Assembly (NCBI GenBank): GCA_965223505.1
Contig: CBDCWP010000043.1
Location: 1 to 64,000, forward strand
Length of the DNA stretch: 64,000 nt
Direction: 5' to 3'
Source of the DNA: Planctomycetota bacterium
GTDB lineage: Bacteria > Planctomycetota > PLA2 > JAEUHO01
Within the stretch, counting starts at the first letter, position 1. The number at the start of each line of letters is the position of its first letter. The notes beneath the pieces are model-generated. The model was not told the origin of the DNA and made no database searches. It saw only the letters and a list, made by a program, of their open reading frames with translations. The translations under genes were made by a program, and so were the position numbers. This document shows positions 47,939-58,262 of this stretch, in pieces.

Positions 47939-49161
47939 AGCTCGCAACAACCGAGGTCGGACGGGAGGCCCGGGTCGCGCGGCAGGAACCGCAGGTCGAC
48001 CACCATCGGGACGCCCTCGGGGTTCGGGTTCAGGCCCGCCGGTACGGCGTCCACGCACGGACTCGCCGGGAGCGGCAAGCGTACGACGCGGCCGTCCGGA
48101 AGCGTGAACGGCGCCAGCAACATCGCGTCGATCGGCGCCGCGTCGGTACCCACCTGATTGCCTTCCACGCCGTCTTCGAAGTGGATGAAGCCCTCGTATC
48201 GGCTGATCAGGTTGTTCGATCCCGACGCCGTCGCGAGACCGAAGAAGGACAGGTCGTGCGAAACGAACGCCGTGTTCTCCGCCACCACGCACCGCTGCAG
48301 CTCCACGTGCGCCGGGACGTCGAACGCCTGGACCCGGATCGCGCCGCCCACGTCGCCCACGTCGTTGTCGGTGAACGTGCAGTTGAACGCCCGTAGCGTG
48401 GTCGGGTCGGACGCGGCATTCGTCTCGATCCCGATTGCGCCGCCCCACGAGAACGCGTCGAAGCACTCGTTCAGGTGGAACGCGCAGTTGACCAACGTCA
48501 TCAGGCCGCTCGAGTGAGCGACCGCGCCGCCGACGAAGTGCGCCTCGTTCGTGTAGAAGGCCGTGCGCTCGATGCGTACCGTGCTGCGAACCGTCGTGAT
48601 CGCGCCGCCGTAGTCGGAACAGTTGTGGACGAAGTTCGCGTCGTTGATCCAGAGCGGTGCGTCCTGGACGTAGATCGCGCCGCCCGACTCGCTCGCATCG
48701 CAGTCGGTGCACTCGACGCGCCATAGCACGACCGGGCCCTCGAACGACGCCACGGCCCCGCCCAGGTTCGAGTCGCCCTGCACGAGCTCGAGGTCGTTGA
48801 GCTGCAGCGCGCCCATCGGCAGCACGCCGAAGATGCCCGTCGCGTTCTGCCCCGAGATCTCGTGACGAAGGCCGTCGCCGCTCAGGCCGCCGATCGTCAG
48901 GACCTTGTCGATCACCAGGATGGAGTTGAGCTGGATCGAGCCGGTCGCGAGTCCCGGGTCGAACACGATCCACGCGCCGCTGGGGGCATCGTCGATGGCC
49001 TGACGCAACGACCCCGGTCCCGCGTCGTTGTGGTTCGTGACCTCGATGACGTCCGTCGGGGGCTGCCCGAGCCCGATCACGGGCGCGACGAATCCGCCGC
49101 CGCCTCCGCCGCACGCGGCAAGGAACAGGACGCTGAACAGTGCGAGAACTCGTACGGACAT
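47935..49161 (-). CDS. Lipoprotein with parallel beta-helix / choice-of-anchor Q-like repeats
   Basis: LAAC lipobox; D.GPGSLRQAI; GGAI and F..N repeats; SPCVDA, DLG..E. Confidence 0.75.
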   Translation of the reverse strand: MSVRVLALFSVLFLAACGGGGGGFVAPVIGLGQPPTDVIEVTNHNDAGPGSLRQAIDDAPSGAWIVFDPGLATGSIQLNSILVIDKVLTIGGLSGDGLRHEISGQNATGIFGVLPMGALQLNDLELVQGDSNLGGAVASFEGPVVLWRVECTDCDASESGGAIYVQDAPLWINDANFVHNCSDYGGAITTVRSTVRIERTAFYTNEAHFVGGAVAHSSGLMTLVNCAFHLNECFDAFSWGGAIGIETNAASDPTTLRAFNCTFTDNDVGDVGGAIRVQAFDVPAHVELQRCVVAENTAFVSHDLSFFGLATASGSNNLISRYEGFIHFEDGVEGNQVGTDAAPIDAMLLAPFTLPDGRVVRLPLPASPCVDAVPAGLNPNPEGVPMVVDLRFLPRDPGLPSDLGCCEL

Positions 49162-49248
49162 CGGTGGGCTCCCGTGCCCGAAACGAGCACTTGCCCAGTA
49201 GTCGCGGCGCCGCCGTCGAATTGCCGCCGGTTCTCGACGGTCGACCGT

Positions 49249-50583
49249 TTACCGCAGCAGGTCGCGGATGCGCTTCAACCAGGCGTCTTCGACCTTCTGC
49301 TGCTGTGGGTTCGGCCTCGAGGTCGGCGACGCCAGCGCGCGGTTCGTGAAGCCCTCGGCGTCGAACGCACCGACGACGCGTTGGGCGGCCGCCTCGCCGG
49401 CAGCCGCGCGCAGCGCGGAGAGCTGCGCGGCGCCGGTTTCGCCGGCCTCGCCGTTGCGGCCCAGCCAAAGGACCGACCCGCCGCGCTTCAGGTGCGCCAC
49501 GAGCTTCGCGCGCACGGATGCCGAAAGCGCGGTTTCGCGCGGCGCGACGACGACGAGGTCGAACGCGCCGTCGATCACCGTGTGCGCGAACGTGTCCACG
49601 TGACGCGCCAGCGCGACGAACGCGTTGAACAGACCACTCGGCGCGTCGCTGCCGAACGCCATGCGCGCGCGATCCTCGAGCAACAGCACCCGCGGCGACG
49701 TCGTCGGAGCGGGGAGCGCTCCCACCCCACCGTTTGCCAGCCACGACATCACGTTGTGGAACAGCCGGCGGTTGTCGCCGTAGCGAATCCAGACGTCGCC
49801 GAAGACGTTCTGATCGCCCACGACGACGATGCGTCCCTTGCCGAGTCGGCGCGCGCTGACGACGGCCAACCGGCCCTTGCGTTCGTCCTTGTCCAACTCG
49901 AAGTTCCCGTAGTTGCCCAGATTGCCGCTTCGAAGTGCGTTCTCCCCGAACGGGCTCGTCGCCCACCGATCGCCCCATCCGCCCTTGGACAGCGTCGCGA
50001 CCGCGCCGCGATCGTCTACCGGTCCGCCGGTTTGAAACGAGATCCAGCGCAGCCCGGTCGTGATCGGGTGCTTCTCGAAGTGGTCCACCACGATCCAACC
50101 TGGGCCCGAGCCCAACGCTCTCGGCGCGACCTCGAGCGCGCTCTCCTTGAAGAGGCGTAGTTCCAACGCCTCCGCCAGCGGCTCGAGCTCGTTGACGTGG
50201 TGGTAGCAGTTCGAGTGATCGGTGATCAAGAGCAAGGCGCCGCCGCGCGTCACGAACGATCGAATCGACGCGATCTCTCCGGGAAAGAACGCCGGCAGGT
50301 CCGACGAAACCAGGTTGAGGTAGAGCACGTCCGTGCCGGAAAGGACTTCGGTGTCCACGCGCCCGCTTCGAACCTCGGTCAGCTTCGCCCCGCGCGCCTG
50401 CAACTCGTGCAGCGCCCGGCGCGGACCGTGAAGCTCGTGGTAGTCGTACACGCCCGGCGACAACCCGCGCTCGATGTGGTTGTGGGCGTGCACGCTGTCG
50501 AGCAGGATCGTCTCCGCGTCCCCGGCACGAAGCGGAAGCGCGACGCACGCAAGGAACGCCAGGACGACGACGCCGCGGCTCAA
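49249..50583 (-). CDS. Exported protein with class I GATase-like (DUF4350/GldG-like) domain
   Basis: I..FV..GG.LLLI.DH, GKGRIVVVGD, N..LF.N...WL; inferred TTG start overlapping the ALDH stop. Confidence 0.6.
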   Translation of the reverse strand: MSRGVVVLAFLACVALPLRAGDAETILLDSVHAHNHIERGLSPGVYDYHELHGPRRALHELQARGAKLTEVRSGRVDTEVLSGTDVLYLNLVSSDLPAFFPGEIASIRSFVTRGGALLLITDHSNCYHHVNELEPLAEALELRLFKESALEVAPRALGSGPGWIVVDHFEKHPITTGLRWISFQTGGPVDDRGAVATLSKGGWGDRWATSPFGENALRSGNLGNYGNFELDKDERKGRLAVVSARRLGKGRIVVVGDQNVFGDVWIRYGDNRRLFHNVMSWLANGGVGALPAPTTSPRVLLLEDRARMAFGSDAPSGLFNAFVALARHVDTFAHTVIDGAFDLVVVAPRETALSASVRAKLVAHLKRGGSVLWLGRNGEAGETGAAQLSALRAAAGEAAAQRVVGAFDAEGFTNRALASPTSRPNPQQQKVEDAWLKRIRDLLR

Positions 50584-52019
50584 AGCTCGAGCGACCGGAA
50601 CACGCGCAGCTTCTCGACCTGCATGTCGTGCATGGTGTAGGGGATGCCGCCGATGCCGTACCCGGACTCGCGCAAGCCCGCGAACGGCATCCAGTCCACG
50701 CGAAACGCCGTGTGGTCGTTGACCATCACCGCCGCCGCGTCGAGGTGCTTCGTCGCCCGCCACGCGGTGTCGAGATCGCGCGTGAACACCGCTGCCTGAA
50801 AGCTGAAGGGCACGTCGTTCGCGCGTCGAATCGCGTCGTCGACGTCGTCGTAGGCGTACACGCAGACGACCGGGCCGAAGATCTCCTCGCGGCTTACCTT
50901 CGCGTCGGTTGGTGGCTCGCGCAGGACGGTCGCGGCGTACGTCGTCTCCGAGAGCGGCTCGCCGCCGCAGAGCACCTCCGCGCCGCCCCGCTCGGCCTCG
51001 GTCACCCACTCGTGCACGCGCTCGACCTCGCCGGGGCGAATGAGCGGGCCGATGTCCGTCTCGGCGTCGGTCGGGTCGCCGACGACGAGGTCGCCCGCTG
51101 CCGCGGCAAGTCGCGCCGCCACGTCGTCGGCGATCGAGCGGTGTGCGAACACGCGCTGCACGGACACGCACACCTGTCCCGCGTGGTAGAGCCCGCCCTT
51201 CGCAAGCAGCGGCACAGCGTCGTCGAGGTCGGCGTCCGCCGCGACGATGACCGGCGCCGCGCCGCCGTGCTCGAGCGCGCAGCGCGTGCCCGGCGCGAGC
51301 TTGGAGCGCAGCGACCAGCCCACGCGACCGCTGCCGATGAAGCTGAAGAACGCCACACGCTCGTCGGCGACGAGCTTCTCGGACACGTCGTGCCCGGTCG
51401 TGAGCAGCGCCTGCACCCATCCGTCCGGCAGACCCGCTTCTTGCAGCAGGCCGACGAAGCGCATGCAGGAGAGCGGCGTGGCCTCCGCCGGCTTCACGAT
51501 GACGGGGCAACCGACCGCCACCGCCGGCCCGACCTGATGCACGATCAGGTTCAGCGGGTGATTGAACGCGCTGAACGCGACGACGACGCCGATCGGCTCC
51601 GGACTCGTGAAGGCCATGCGATTCGCCGACGCGGCGTTGATGCGCATCGGGATCTCGCGCCCGCCCCGCGTTCGCAGGTGCTCGACGCACTCCTTGACCC
51701 CGTCGATCGCGCGATCGACTTCGACGAGCGAGTCCTTCAGCGGCTTCCCGCCCTCCCGGGCGGCCTCGACGGCCAGCCATTCGCGCCGCTCGGTCATCAG
51801 GACGGCGGTGCGTTCGAGAATCGCGACGCGTTCGGCCACCGGTAGCAACGCGTCGCGGTCCCGATGTAGCGCGTGCGCCGTAGAGAGTGCCTGCTCGACG
51901 GCGGCTTGGTCCGCTTGCGCGACCCGGGCAATCGGCGAGCGATCGAAGGGCGCGAAGATCTCGGCGTGCTCGGAAGCCGGCGTCGCGCCCGGCACGATCA
52001 GCGGCCAAACGTCAGACAT
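50580..52019 (-). CDS. Aldehyde dehydrogenase family protein
   Basis: FNHPLNL, KPA..TP, FIGS..VG, LEHGG, AGQVCVS, EEIFGPV, PF.G...SG.G. Confidence 0.95.
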   Translation of the reverse strand: MSDVWPLIVPGATPASEHAEIFAPFDRSPIARVAQADQAAVEQALSTAHALHRDRDALLPVAERVAILERTAVLMTERREWLAVEAAREGGKPLKDSLVEVDRAIDGVKECVEHLRTRGGREIPMRINAASANRMAFTSPEPIGVVVAFSAFNHPLNLIVHQVGPAVAVGCPVIVKPAEATPLSCMRFVGLLQEAGLPDGWVQALLTTGHDVSEKLVADERVAFFSFIGSGRVGWSLRSKLAPGTRCALEHGGAAPVIVAADADLDDAVPLLAKGGLYHAGQVCVSVQRVFAHRSIADDVAARLAAAAGDLVVGDPTDAETDIGPLIRPGEVERVHEWVTEAERGGAEVLCGGEPLSETTYAATVLREPPTDAKVSREEIFGPVVCVYAYDDVDDAIRRANDVPFSFQAAVFTRDLDTAWRATKHLDAAAVMVNDHTAFRVDWMPFAGLRESGYGIGGIPYTMHDMQVEKLRVFRSLEL

Positions 52020-52030
52020 GCGGTGTCCTC

Positions 52031-53665
52031 CTAGATCGGACAGACGAGGTTGCCGAGCTCCTCGGTGAGCTTCATGTTCTCGGCGTAGTCCACCGGGCAG
52101 TCGATGATCACGACCGTGTCGTCCTCGATGGCCTGCTTCAGCGTCGGCAGCAGCTCGTCGGCGGAACCGATGCGGTAGCCCTTCGCCCCGAAGCTCTCCG
52201 CGTACTTCACGAGATCGGGATTGCCGAATTCGATGTGACTCGGCCGGCCGAAGTGGCGCAGCTGGTGCCAGTGAATGAGCCCGTACTCGTTGTCACGCCA
52301 CACCAGCACGATGATCGGCGTTCCGATGCGAAGCGCCGTCTCGATCTCCTGCGAGTTCATGAGGAAGCCCGCGTCGCCGCAAACGGTCAGCGCGACCCGG
52401 TCGGGGTAGGCGATCTTCGCGGCGATCGTGCCGGGCAGACCGATCGCCATGCTCGCGAACCCGTTCGAGATGATGCAGGTGTTGGGCCGCTCCGCCTTGT
52501 AGAGGCGCGCCATCCACATCTTGTGCGCGCCGACGTCGCTGATGACGATGTCCTCCGGCGCGAGTGCCTCGCGCAGGTCCCAGATGATGCGCTGCGGCAC
52601 CATGGGGAACGCGTCGTTCTCCGCGTGGTCCGTGAGCTGCGCCCGGATCTTTTCGCGCAATGCCGAGATGGCCGGCGGAGACGAGCGCTCGACCTTCGGG
52701 GCGAGCTGCTCGAGCGCGCTCGCGATGTCGCCGACGATGCCCACGCTCAAGATGTAGTGCGCGTCCACCTCCGCGGGCGTCGTGTCGATGTGGATGAGCG
52801 TGCGGTCCTTGGTCGCGTGCCAGAGATGCGGCGCGTACTCGACCATGTCGTAGCCGACGCAGATGATCACGTCGGCCCTGTCGAACCCGCACGCCACGTA
52901 GTCGTGCGACTGCAGTCCGATGGTGCCGAGCGAGAGGGGATGCGTCGCGGGGAGCACCCCCTTGGCCATGAACGTCGTCGCGACCGGCAGGTCGAGGGCC
53001 TCCACGAAGCGCACGAAATCGTCGGCGGCGCGGGTTCGCACGATGCCGTTCCCGGCCAGCACGACCGGGAACTTCGCGTTCTGGATCAGCTCCGCCGCGC
53101 GATCGAGCTTCGACTCGGCCGGCTCCGGCAGCGCGGCGCGCTGGACCTTCAAGGGGGCGAGTCCCTCGACGTCCATCGCAGCGATGTTCTCCGGAACGTC
53201 GATGAAGCACGCGCCGGGCTTCTCCGCCTCCGCGACCTTGAAGGCCTTGCGCACGACCTCCGGGATGACCTCCGCCGCGCGCAGCTGGATGCTGTACTTC
53301 GTGATCGGCTCGAACATCCGCACGAGGTCGAGGTGCTGGTGGCTCTCCTTGTGCAGCCGCGTCGTGGCGGCCTGTCCGGAGATCGCGACGAGCGGCGCGC
53401 GGTCCATGTTGGCGTCGGCCACGCCCGTCACGAGGTTGGTCGCCCCCGGGCCAAGGGTCGCGAGACACACGCCGGCCTTGCCCGTCAGGCGGCCGTAGAC
53501 GTCGGCCATGAACGCCGCACCTTGCTCGTGACGTGTCGTGACGAACTGGATCGAGCTGTCGAGCAGCGCGTCCATCACGTCGATGTTCTCTTCGCCGGGA
53601 ATGCCGAAGATGTGAGTGACGCCCTCGTTCTCGAGGCATCGAACGAAGAGCTCGGCGGCCTTCAT
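52031..53665 (-). CDS. Acetolactate synthase large subunit-like ThDP enzyme
   Basis: FGIPGEEN, TRHEQGAAFMA, TLGPGATN, GDAGFLMN..E. Confidence 0.93.
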   Translation of the reverse strand: MKAAELFVRCLENEGVTHIFGIPGEENIDVMDALLDSSIQFVTTRHEQGAAFMADVYGRLTGKAGVCLATLGPGATNLVTGVADANMDRAPLVAISGQAATTRLHKESHQHLDLVRMFEPITKYSIQLRAAEVIPEVVRKAFKVAEAEKPGACFIDVPENIAAMDVEGLAPLKVQRAALPEPAESKLDRAAELIQNAKFPVVLAGNGIVRTRAADDFVRFVEALDLPVATTFMAKGVLPATHPLSLGTIGLQSHDYVACGFDRADVIICVGYDMVEYAPHLWHATKDRTLIHIDTTPAEVDAHYILSVGIVGDIASALEQLAPKVERSSPPAISALREKIRAQLTDHAENDAFPMVPQRIIWDLREALAPEDIVISDVGAHKMWMARLYKAERPNTCIISNGFASMAIGLPGTIAAKIAYPDRVALTVCGDAGFLMNSQEIETALRIGTPIIVLVWRDNEYGLIHWHQLRHFGRPSHIEFGNPDLVKYAESFGAKGYRIGSADELLPTLKQAIEDDTVVIIDCPVDYAENMKLTEELGNLVCPI

Positions 53666-53773
53666 GGGCGGTCCCTCCCCACACGATGGGGAGCATAGCG
53701 CCTGCCCCGGCCCGTGTCGTTCTCTCTTCCATCGACGGCCGGCGCGTGTCGAGGTTTCAGGTTGGCCGGCTTC

Positions 53774-54604
53774 CTAGAGCGTCGCCCCGCAGGTTTTGCA
53801 GTGCCTGGCGTCGACGTCGTGGCCTTCCTTCGCGCACTGCGGACACACCTGCGTGCTCACCTTCATCTTCTGGGTCACGGACGCCATCTCGACGGAGACG
53901 ATGCCCGTCGGCACTGCGATGATCGCGTAGCCCAGAATCATCACCAACGCGGCCAGGAATCTCCCCAGCGCGGTCACCGGGGCGATGTTGCCGTAGCCCA
54001 CCGTGGTGAGCGTCACGATCGCCCAGTACATGCTCTGCGGAATGTTGGTGAAGCCGGAGTCCTCGCCGCCTTCGACGAGATACATCATCGCGCCGACGAT
54101 GACCACGATGGTGAGCACCGCGCCGAGAAACACGATGATCTTGCGCGCACTCGCGCGCAGCGCCTCGCGCAGCATGGCCGCCTCGCCCAGGAAGTGGCCC
54201 AGCTTCAGGATGCGGAAGATACGCAGAAGCCGCAGCGCGCGAATGACGATCAACGACTGCGTGCCCGCGAACACCAGGCTCAGATACGTCGGCAGGATCG
54301 CGAGCAGGTCGACGACCCCGAAGAAGCTCTTCGCGTAGCGAATCGGGCGGCCGACACAGATCAGGCGCAGCAGGTACTCGAGCGTGAACAGAACCGTGAG
54401 GGTCCACTCGATGGTGCGCAGCAGCGGACCGTGTCGAGCCTGGATCTCCACGACGCTCTCGAGGCACACCGCGACGATGCTGAGGACGATCGCGCCGAGC
54501 AGCGCCACGTCGAACGCCTTTCCGCCGGGCGTATCCGCCTCGAAGATGATCGTGTGCAGGCCGTGCCGCCACGGCGAGAGGGACTTGTCCGGCGTGTCCG
54601 TCAT
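53774..54604 (-). CDS. Voltage-gated potassium channel-type ion transporter
   Basis: S4 segment RALRLLRIFRILK; selectivity filter TTVGYG. Confidence 0.92.
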   Translation of the reverse strand: MTDTPDKSLSPWRHGLHTIIFEADTPGGKAFDVALLGAIVLSIVAVCLESVVEIQARHGPLLRTIEWTLTVLFTLEYLLRLICVGRPIRYAKSFFGVVDLLAILPTYLSLVFAGTQSLIVIRALRLLRIFRILKLGHFLGEAAMLREALRASARKIIVFLGAVLTIVVIVGAMMYLVEGGEDSGFTNIPQSMYWAIVTLTTVGYGNIAPVTALGRFLAALVMILGYAIIAVPTGIVSVEMASVTQKMKVSTQVCPQCAKEGHDVDARHCKTCGATL

Positions 54605-54652
54605 GCCCGCGGGATTGTCGGTGCCCTGTCCGACGGTGCGCAGCCGGACCGC

Positions 54653-57055
54653 CTAGCAGGCGTACAGGGGCCAGGCCATCGGCAGGAAGATCAGCACGAC
54701 GATCAGCAGCACGATCGTGAGCGGCAGGCCGACCCGCAGGTAGTCGGCGAAGCGATAGCCCCCGGGGCCCATGACGAGCACGTTGGCCGGGTGGCCGACT
54801 GGACTCATCACGGCGGCGGACGCGGCAACGGCCACCGTCATCATCAGCGCGTACGGGTTCATGCCGAGGTCCTTGGAGGCGCTCAGCGCGATCGGCGCCA
54901 TGAGGACGGCCACAGCCGGGTTCGGCATGATCTGCGTCGAGATGTTGGTCACCAGGAACAGCCCGGAGATGACGGCGACCCAGCCGATCGGCTCGAGCAC
55001 CGACATGACGCCGTGCGCGATCCACGCGGCGGCGCCCGAGTTCTCCATCGCGATGCCAAGCGGCAGCATACCGGCGATCAGGAACACGGCCTTCCATTCG
55101 ATGTAGCCGTAGGCCTCGTCCATCTTGAGGCAGCCGGTCAGCACCATCAGCGCCGCGCCGCCCACCGCGGCGACGGCGATCGGCAGCAAGCCGAACAACA
55201 CCGGCAGCAGCACGGCCGCCATGATCAGCATGGCCAGTGTGGCCCGCTCGCTTCGCGGCGCCTGCTGCGCCTCCCCGCGCAGCACGATGTAGTCCGGTTC
55301 CGCGCCCAGCAGGGCCAGCTTCTCGCGCGGTCCGTAGACGACGAGCGCGTCGCCCGACCGGATGGGGACGTCGGCCAACCGCGAACGGCGTGCCTTGCCC
55401 TCGTGCCACAACGCCAGAGCCGTGAGCCCGTACCGTTCTCGAAACGTCAGCTCCCGCAGCGTTCGTCCGGCGAGACGCGTGTGCGGCGAGAGGATCACTT
55501 CCGACAAGCCGACCCGCGGCGACTCCACGACCTCGAGCTCGGGCGGGATCTCGTCTTCGATGCGAAGACCCTGCAGCGCGAGCAGCAGCGAGAACATCTC
55601 CTCGCGGCCTTGGACGATCAGCGTGTCGTCGCCTTCCAGGGGCGTGTCCCGGCCGGGCATCTGCAAGACGGTGTCGCCGCGCCGGATGGACAGCACGACG
55701 AGGTCGAATCCGCTGCTCAGGTTGCTCTCCGCCAGCGTCACGCCGGTGAGCACGCTGTCTTCGGGCAGTCGCAAGCCCAGCAGCCGCGCTCCGACGTGGT
55801 AGCGGGTCTCCGCCTGCTTCGCCGAGAGCGCCTCGACCGTGGCGATGTCCGCGTCGGCTTCCAGCCCGTCGAGGCCCGCGAGCGGCGCCTGCAGCAGCAG
55901 CTTCGTCTCCGACGTGAACGAGATGTCCTGCAGGTCGGTCCGGATCAGTGTGTCGCTCAGCCGAATGGCCAGCACGTTCGCGCCGAAGCGCTGCCGGAAC
56001 TTCGCGCGGCGAAGCGTGCTGCCGACGAGCCTGCCCTCCGGCTCGATCGTCACCTCGCCCAGCGCGACCTCGTCGGAGATGAGCGACTCGACGGTCGGAT
56101 GCGCGCCGGCACGTCGGGTGTGTTCCCACGCCCGCAGCCGCTCGAGCCACTCCCGGCGACCGGCGACGAGGTAGCGGTCGTCCGTCTGAAAGCGCCGAAA
56201 GTGCTCGGGCGCGCGCATGACGCGACCCCCTCGCTCGCGCGCGATCACGTTCAACCCCAGGGCGGTGCTCAGGCGCGCCTCGGCCAGGGGCAAGCCGTCG
56301 AGCTTCGACCGCTTCGGCACGTGGACGACGAAGAGGCGCTCTTTGAGGTCGAACAGCTCGGTGACATCGTCCGGTCGCGCCGTCGTGGCGGACTGTGCCG
56401 TGTCGCGCTCCGGCAAGAGACGCTTGCCGAAGTACGCCATGTACACCACGCCGGCGATCAACAAGGGCACGCCGATCAGGGCGAACTCGAACATGCCGAA
56501 CGGCTCGAGATCGCCGAACTGTTCGACATCCGCGGACTCGAGCGCCGCGCTGGCGAGGATGTTGGGCGGAGTGCCGATCAGCGTGCACAGGCCGCCCAGC
56601 AGCGATCCGTACGCCAACGGGATGAGCAGCTTCGAGGGTGCGCGGTTCGTTCGTTTGGCGATGTCCATCACGACCGGCAGCAGCATGGCGGCGACACCGA
56701 CGTTGTTCATGAACGCCGACAGCACACCGGTGGTGAGCATCAACACGATGATCAGCCGTGTTTCGCCGTCGCCGGCGATGCGCAGAACGTGCTTGCCGAT
56801 GCGGCCCGAGACGCCGGTTCGCGAGAGTCCCCCGCTCAGCACGAAGACCGCCCAGACGGTGATCACGGCGGGGTTGCTGAACCCGGACAGGGCCTCGCCC
56901 GAGGTCACGAGCTTCTCCGGATCGGTCAGCAGACCCGCGATCGCGAGGACGACCAGGACGAGCAACGCGACGAGGTCCACACGCAGCAGCTCGGTGACGA
57001 ACAGCACCAGGGCCGCCACCAGAATGCCGAGGACGATGCCGATTTCGAGCGTCAC
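54653..57055 (-). CDS. SLC13 family permease with TrkA-C domains
   Basis: SGFSNPAV, LSAFMNN, LGG.CTLIGTPPN, PVGH.AN.LVMGPGGY.F.D. Confidence 0.9.
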   Translation of the reverse strand: MTLEIGIVLGILVAALVLFVTELLRVDLVALLVLVVLAIAGLLTDPEKLVTSGEALSGFSNPAVITVWAVFVLSGGLSRTGVSGRIGKHVLRIAGDGETRLIIVLMLTTGVLSAFMNNVGVAAMLLPVVMDIAKRTNRAPSKLLIPLAYGSLLGGLCTLIGTPPNILASAALESADVEQFGDLEPFGMFEFALIGVPLLIAGVVYMAYFGKRLLPERDTAQSATTARPDDVTELFDLKERLFVVHVPKRSKLDGLPLAEARLSTALGLNVIARERGGRVMRAPEHFRRFQTDDRYLVAGRREWLERLRAWEHTRRAGAHPTVESLISDEVALGEVTIEPEGRLVGSTLRRAKFRQRFGANVLAIRLSDTLIRTDLQDISFTSETKLLLQAPLAGLDGLEADADIATVEALSAKQAETRYHVGARLLGLRLPEDSVLTGVTLAESNLSSGFDLVVLSIRRGDTVLQMPGRDTPLEGDDTLIVQGREEMFSLLLALQGLRIEDEIPPELEVVESPRVGLSEVILSPHTRLAGRTLRELTFRERYGLTALALWHEGKARRSRLADVPIRSGDALVVYGPREKLALLGAEPDYIVLRGEAQQAPRSERATLAMLIMAAVLLPVLFGLLPIAVAAVGGAALMVLTGCLKMDEAYGYIEWKAVFLIAGMLPLGIAMENSGAAAWIAHGVMSVLEPIGWVAVISGLFLVTNISTQIMPNPAVAVLMAPIALSASKDLGMNPYALMMTVAVAASAAVMSPVGHPANVLVMGPGGYRFADYLRVGLPLTIVLLIVVLIFLPMAWPLYAC

Positions 57056-57377
57056 GGGGCGCCTGTTCTACGGGACCGACGTCTTTCCATCCATCCACCG
57101 CGGTCTTCGTCGTGTCGTGGGTCAGTTTGCGGATCCGCGCGTGCATGCGGCTTGCCGGATGCTCGTCGGCGCTTCGCCGACCGCCCCGCTCTCGTCCTTG
57201 CGTGGACTGCCACGCGGCGTCCTCATTGGCCTTGCGGCGACTTCGCCCCGACAAGCCGACCACGACCGGGCAGTCCCTGCGACGGCACTTGCCGCCGCCG
57301 ATCTGCCCCTCCGTCAACGTGACCCACTACCTTCGTCGTTGCGATCGACGCCGCGACCGCGGAAGATCCCCCAATTC

Positions 57378-58262
57378 ATGAAACTCGGTCTCCTGACCGC
57401 ACTGACGCTGACCGCCTTTGCCGCCAACTCGCTGTTGTGCCGCGGCGCGCTCGACGTCGAGAACGTGGACGCAGCCGCCTTCACGCTGCTGCGCCTCGGC
57501 GCGGGCGCGATCGTCCTCTTCGTGTTGCTCGCCGTGCGCGGTCGGGTTCGCCCCGCGGCAGCCGCGGGGTCGTGGATCTCCGCGTGGGCGTTGTTCGGCT
57601 ACGCGGTGCTGTTCTCGTTCGCGTACCGCACGATTTCCGCCGGCGCGGGCGCGCTCGTGCTCTTCGCGGCCGTACAGATCACGATGCTCATCGCGGCCGT
57701 GCGGTCGGGCGAGGGTCCGCGCGCCGTTGGATGGCTCGGGCTCGCGATCGCGATCGGCGGGTTGGTCGTGCTGACACGTCCGGGCGCAGAGGCCCCCGAT
57801 CTCGCCGGCGTCGTTCTCATGGCCGGCAGCGGCATCTCGTGGGGCGTCTACAGCCTTCGCGGTCGTCACGCCACGAACGCGTCCGATGCGACGACGATGA
57901 ACTTCGTCTTCGCGACGCTCATCGCGCTGCCGATCTGCTTCTTCGCCCATCCGATCGGCTCGCCGCCGGAAGGCCCCTCCGCGACCAGCGCGGCCGGAAT
58001 GGCGTATGCGATCGTGTCCGGCGCGGTGACGTCGGGTCTCGGATACACGCTCTGGTACGCCGTCCTCCCGACGCTCGGCGCGACGCGCGCCTCGGTATTG
58101 CAGCTCGCCGTGCCCGTGATCGCGACGCTGGGAGGGGCGGCCTTGCTTCACGAGCTCATCACGACGCGGGTCGTGATCGCGTCGCTCATGATCCTCGGTG
58201 GCATCGCCGTCGTGTTGGTCGCCGGTCGGCGCCCTAGTCGCGGCGCTTCAGCTGAATCGTGA
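57378..58262 (+). CDS. DMT/EamA family transporter
   Basis: AFAANSLLCR.AL, FSFAY, WGVYSLRG, SGA.TSGLGY..WY, QL.VPVIA. Confidence 0.88.
   Translation: MKLGLLTALTLTAFAANSLLCRGALDVENVDAAAFTLLRLGAGAIVLFVLLAVRGRVRPAAAAGSWISAWALFGYAVLFSFAYRTISAGAGALVLFAAVQITMLIAAVRSGEGPRAVGWLGLAIAIGGLVVLTRPGAEAPDLAGVVLMAGSGISWGVYSLRGRHATNASDATTMNFVFATLIALPICFFAHPIGSPPEGPSATSAAGMAYAIVSGAVTSGLGYTLWYAVLPTLGATRASVLQLAVPVIATLGGAALLHELITTRVVIASLMILGGIAVVLVAGRRPSRGASAES

Noticed and set aside
57204..57276. Riboswitch upstream of the SLC13 permease
   Set aside because: Only an 8-bp inverted repeat (GGACTGCC/GGCAGTCC); no riboswitch consensus recognised. An Rfam scan would settle it.
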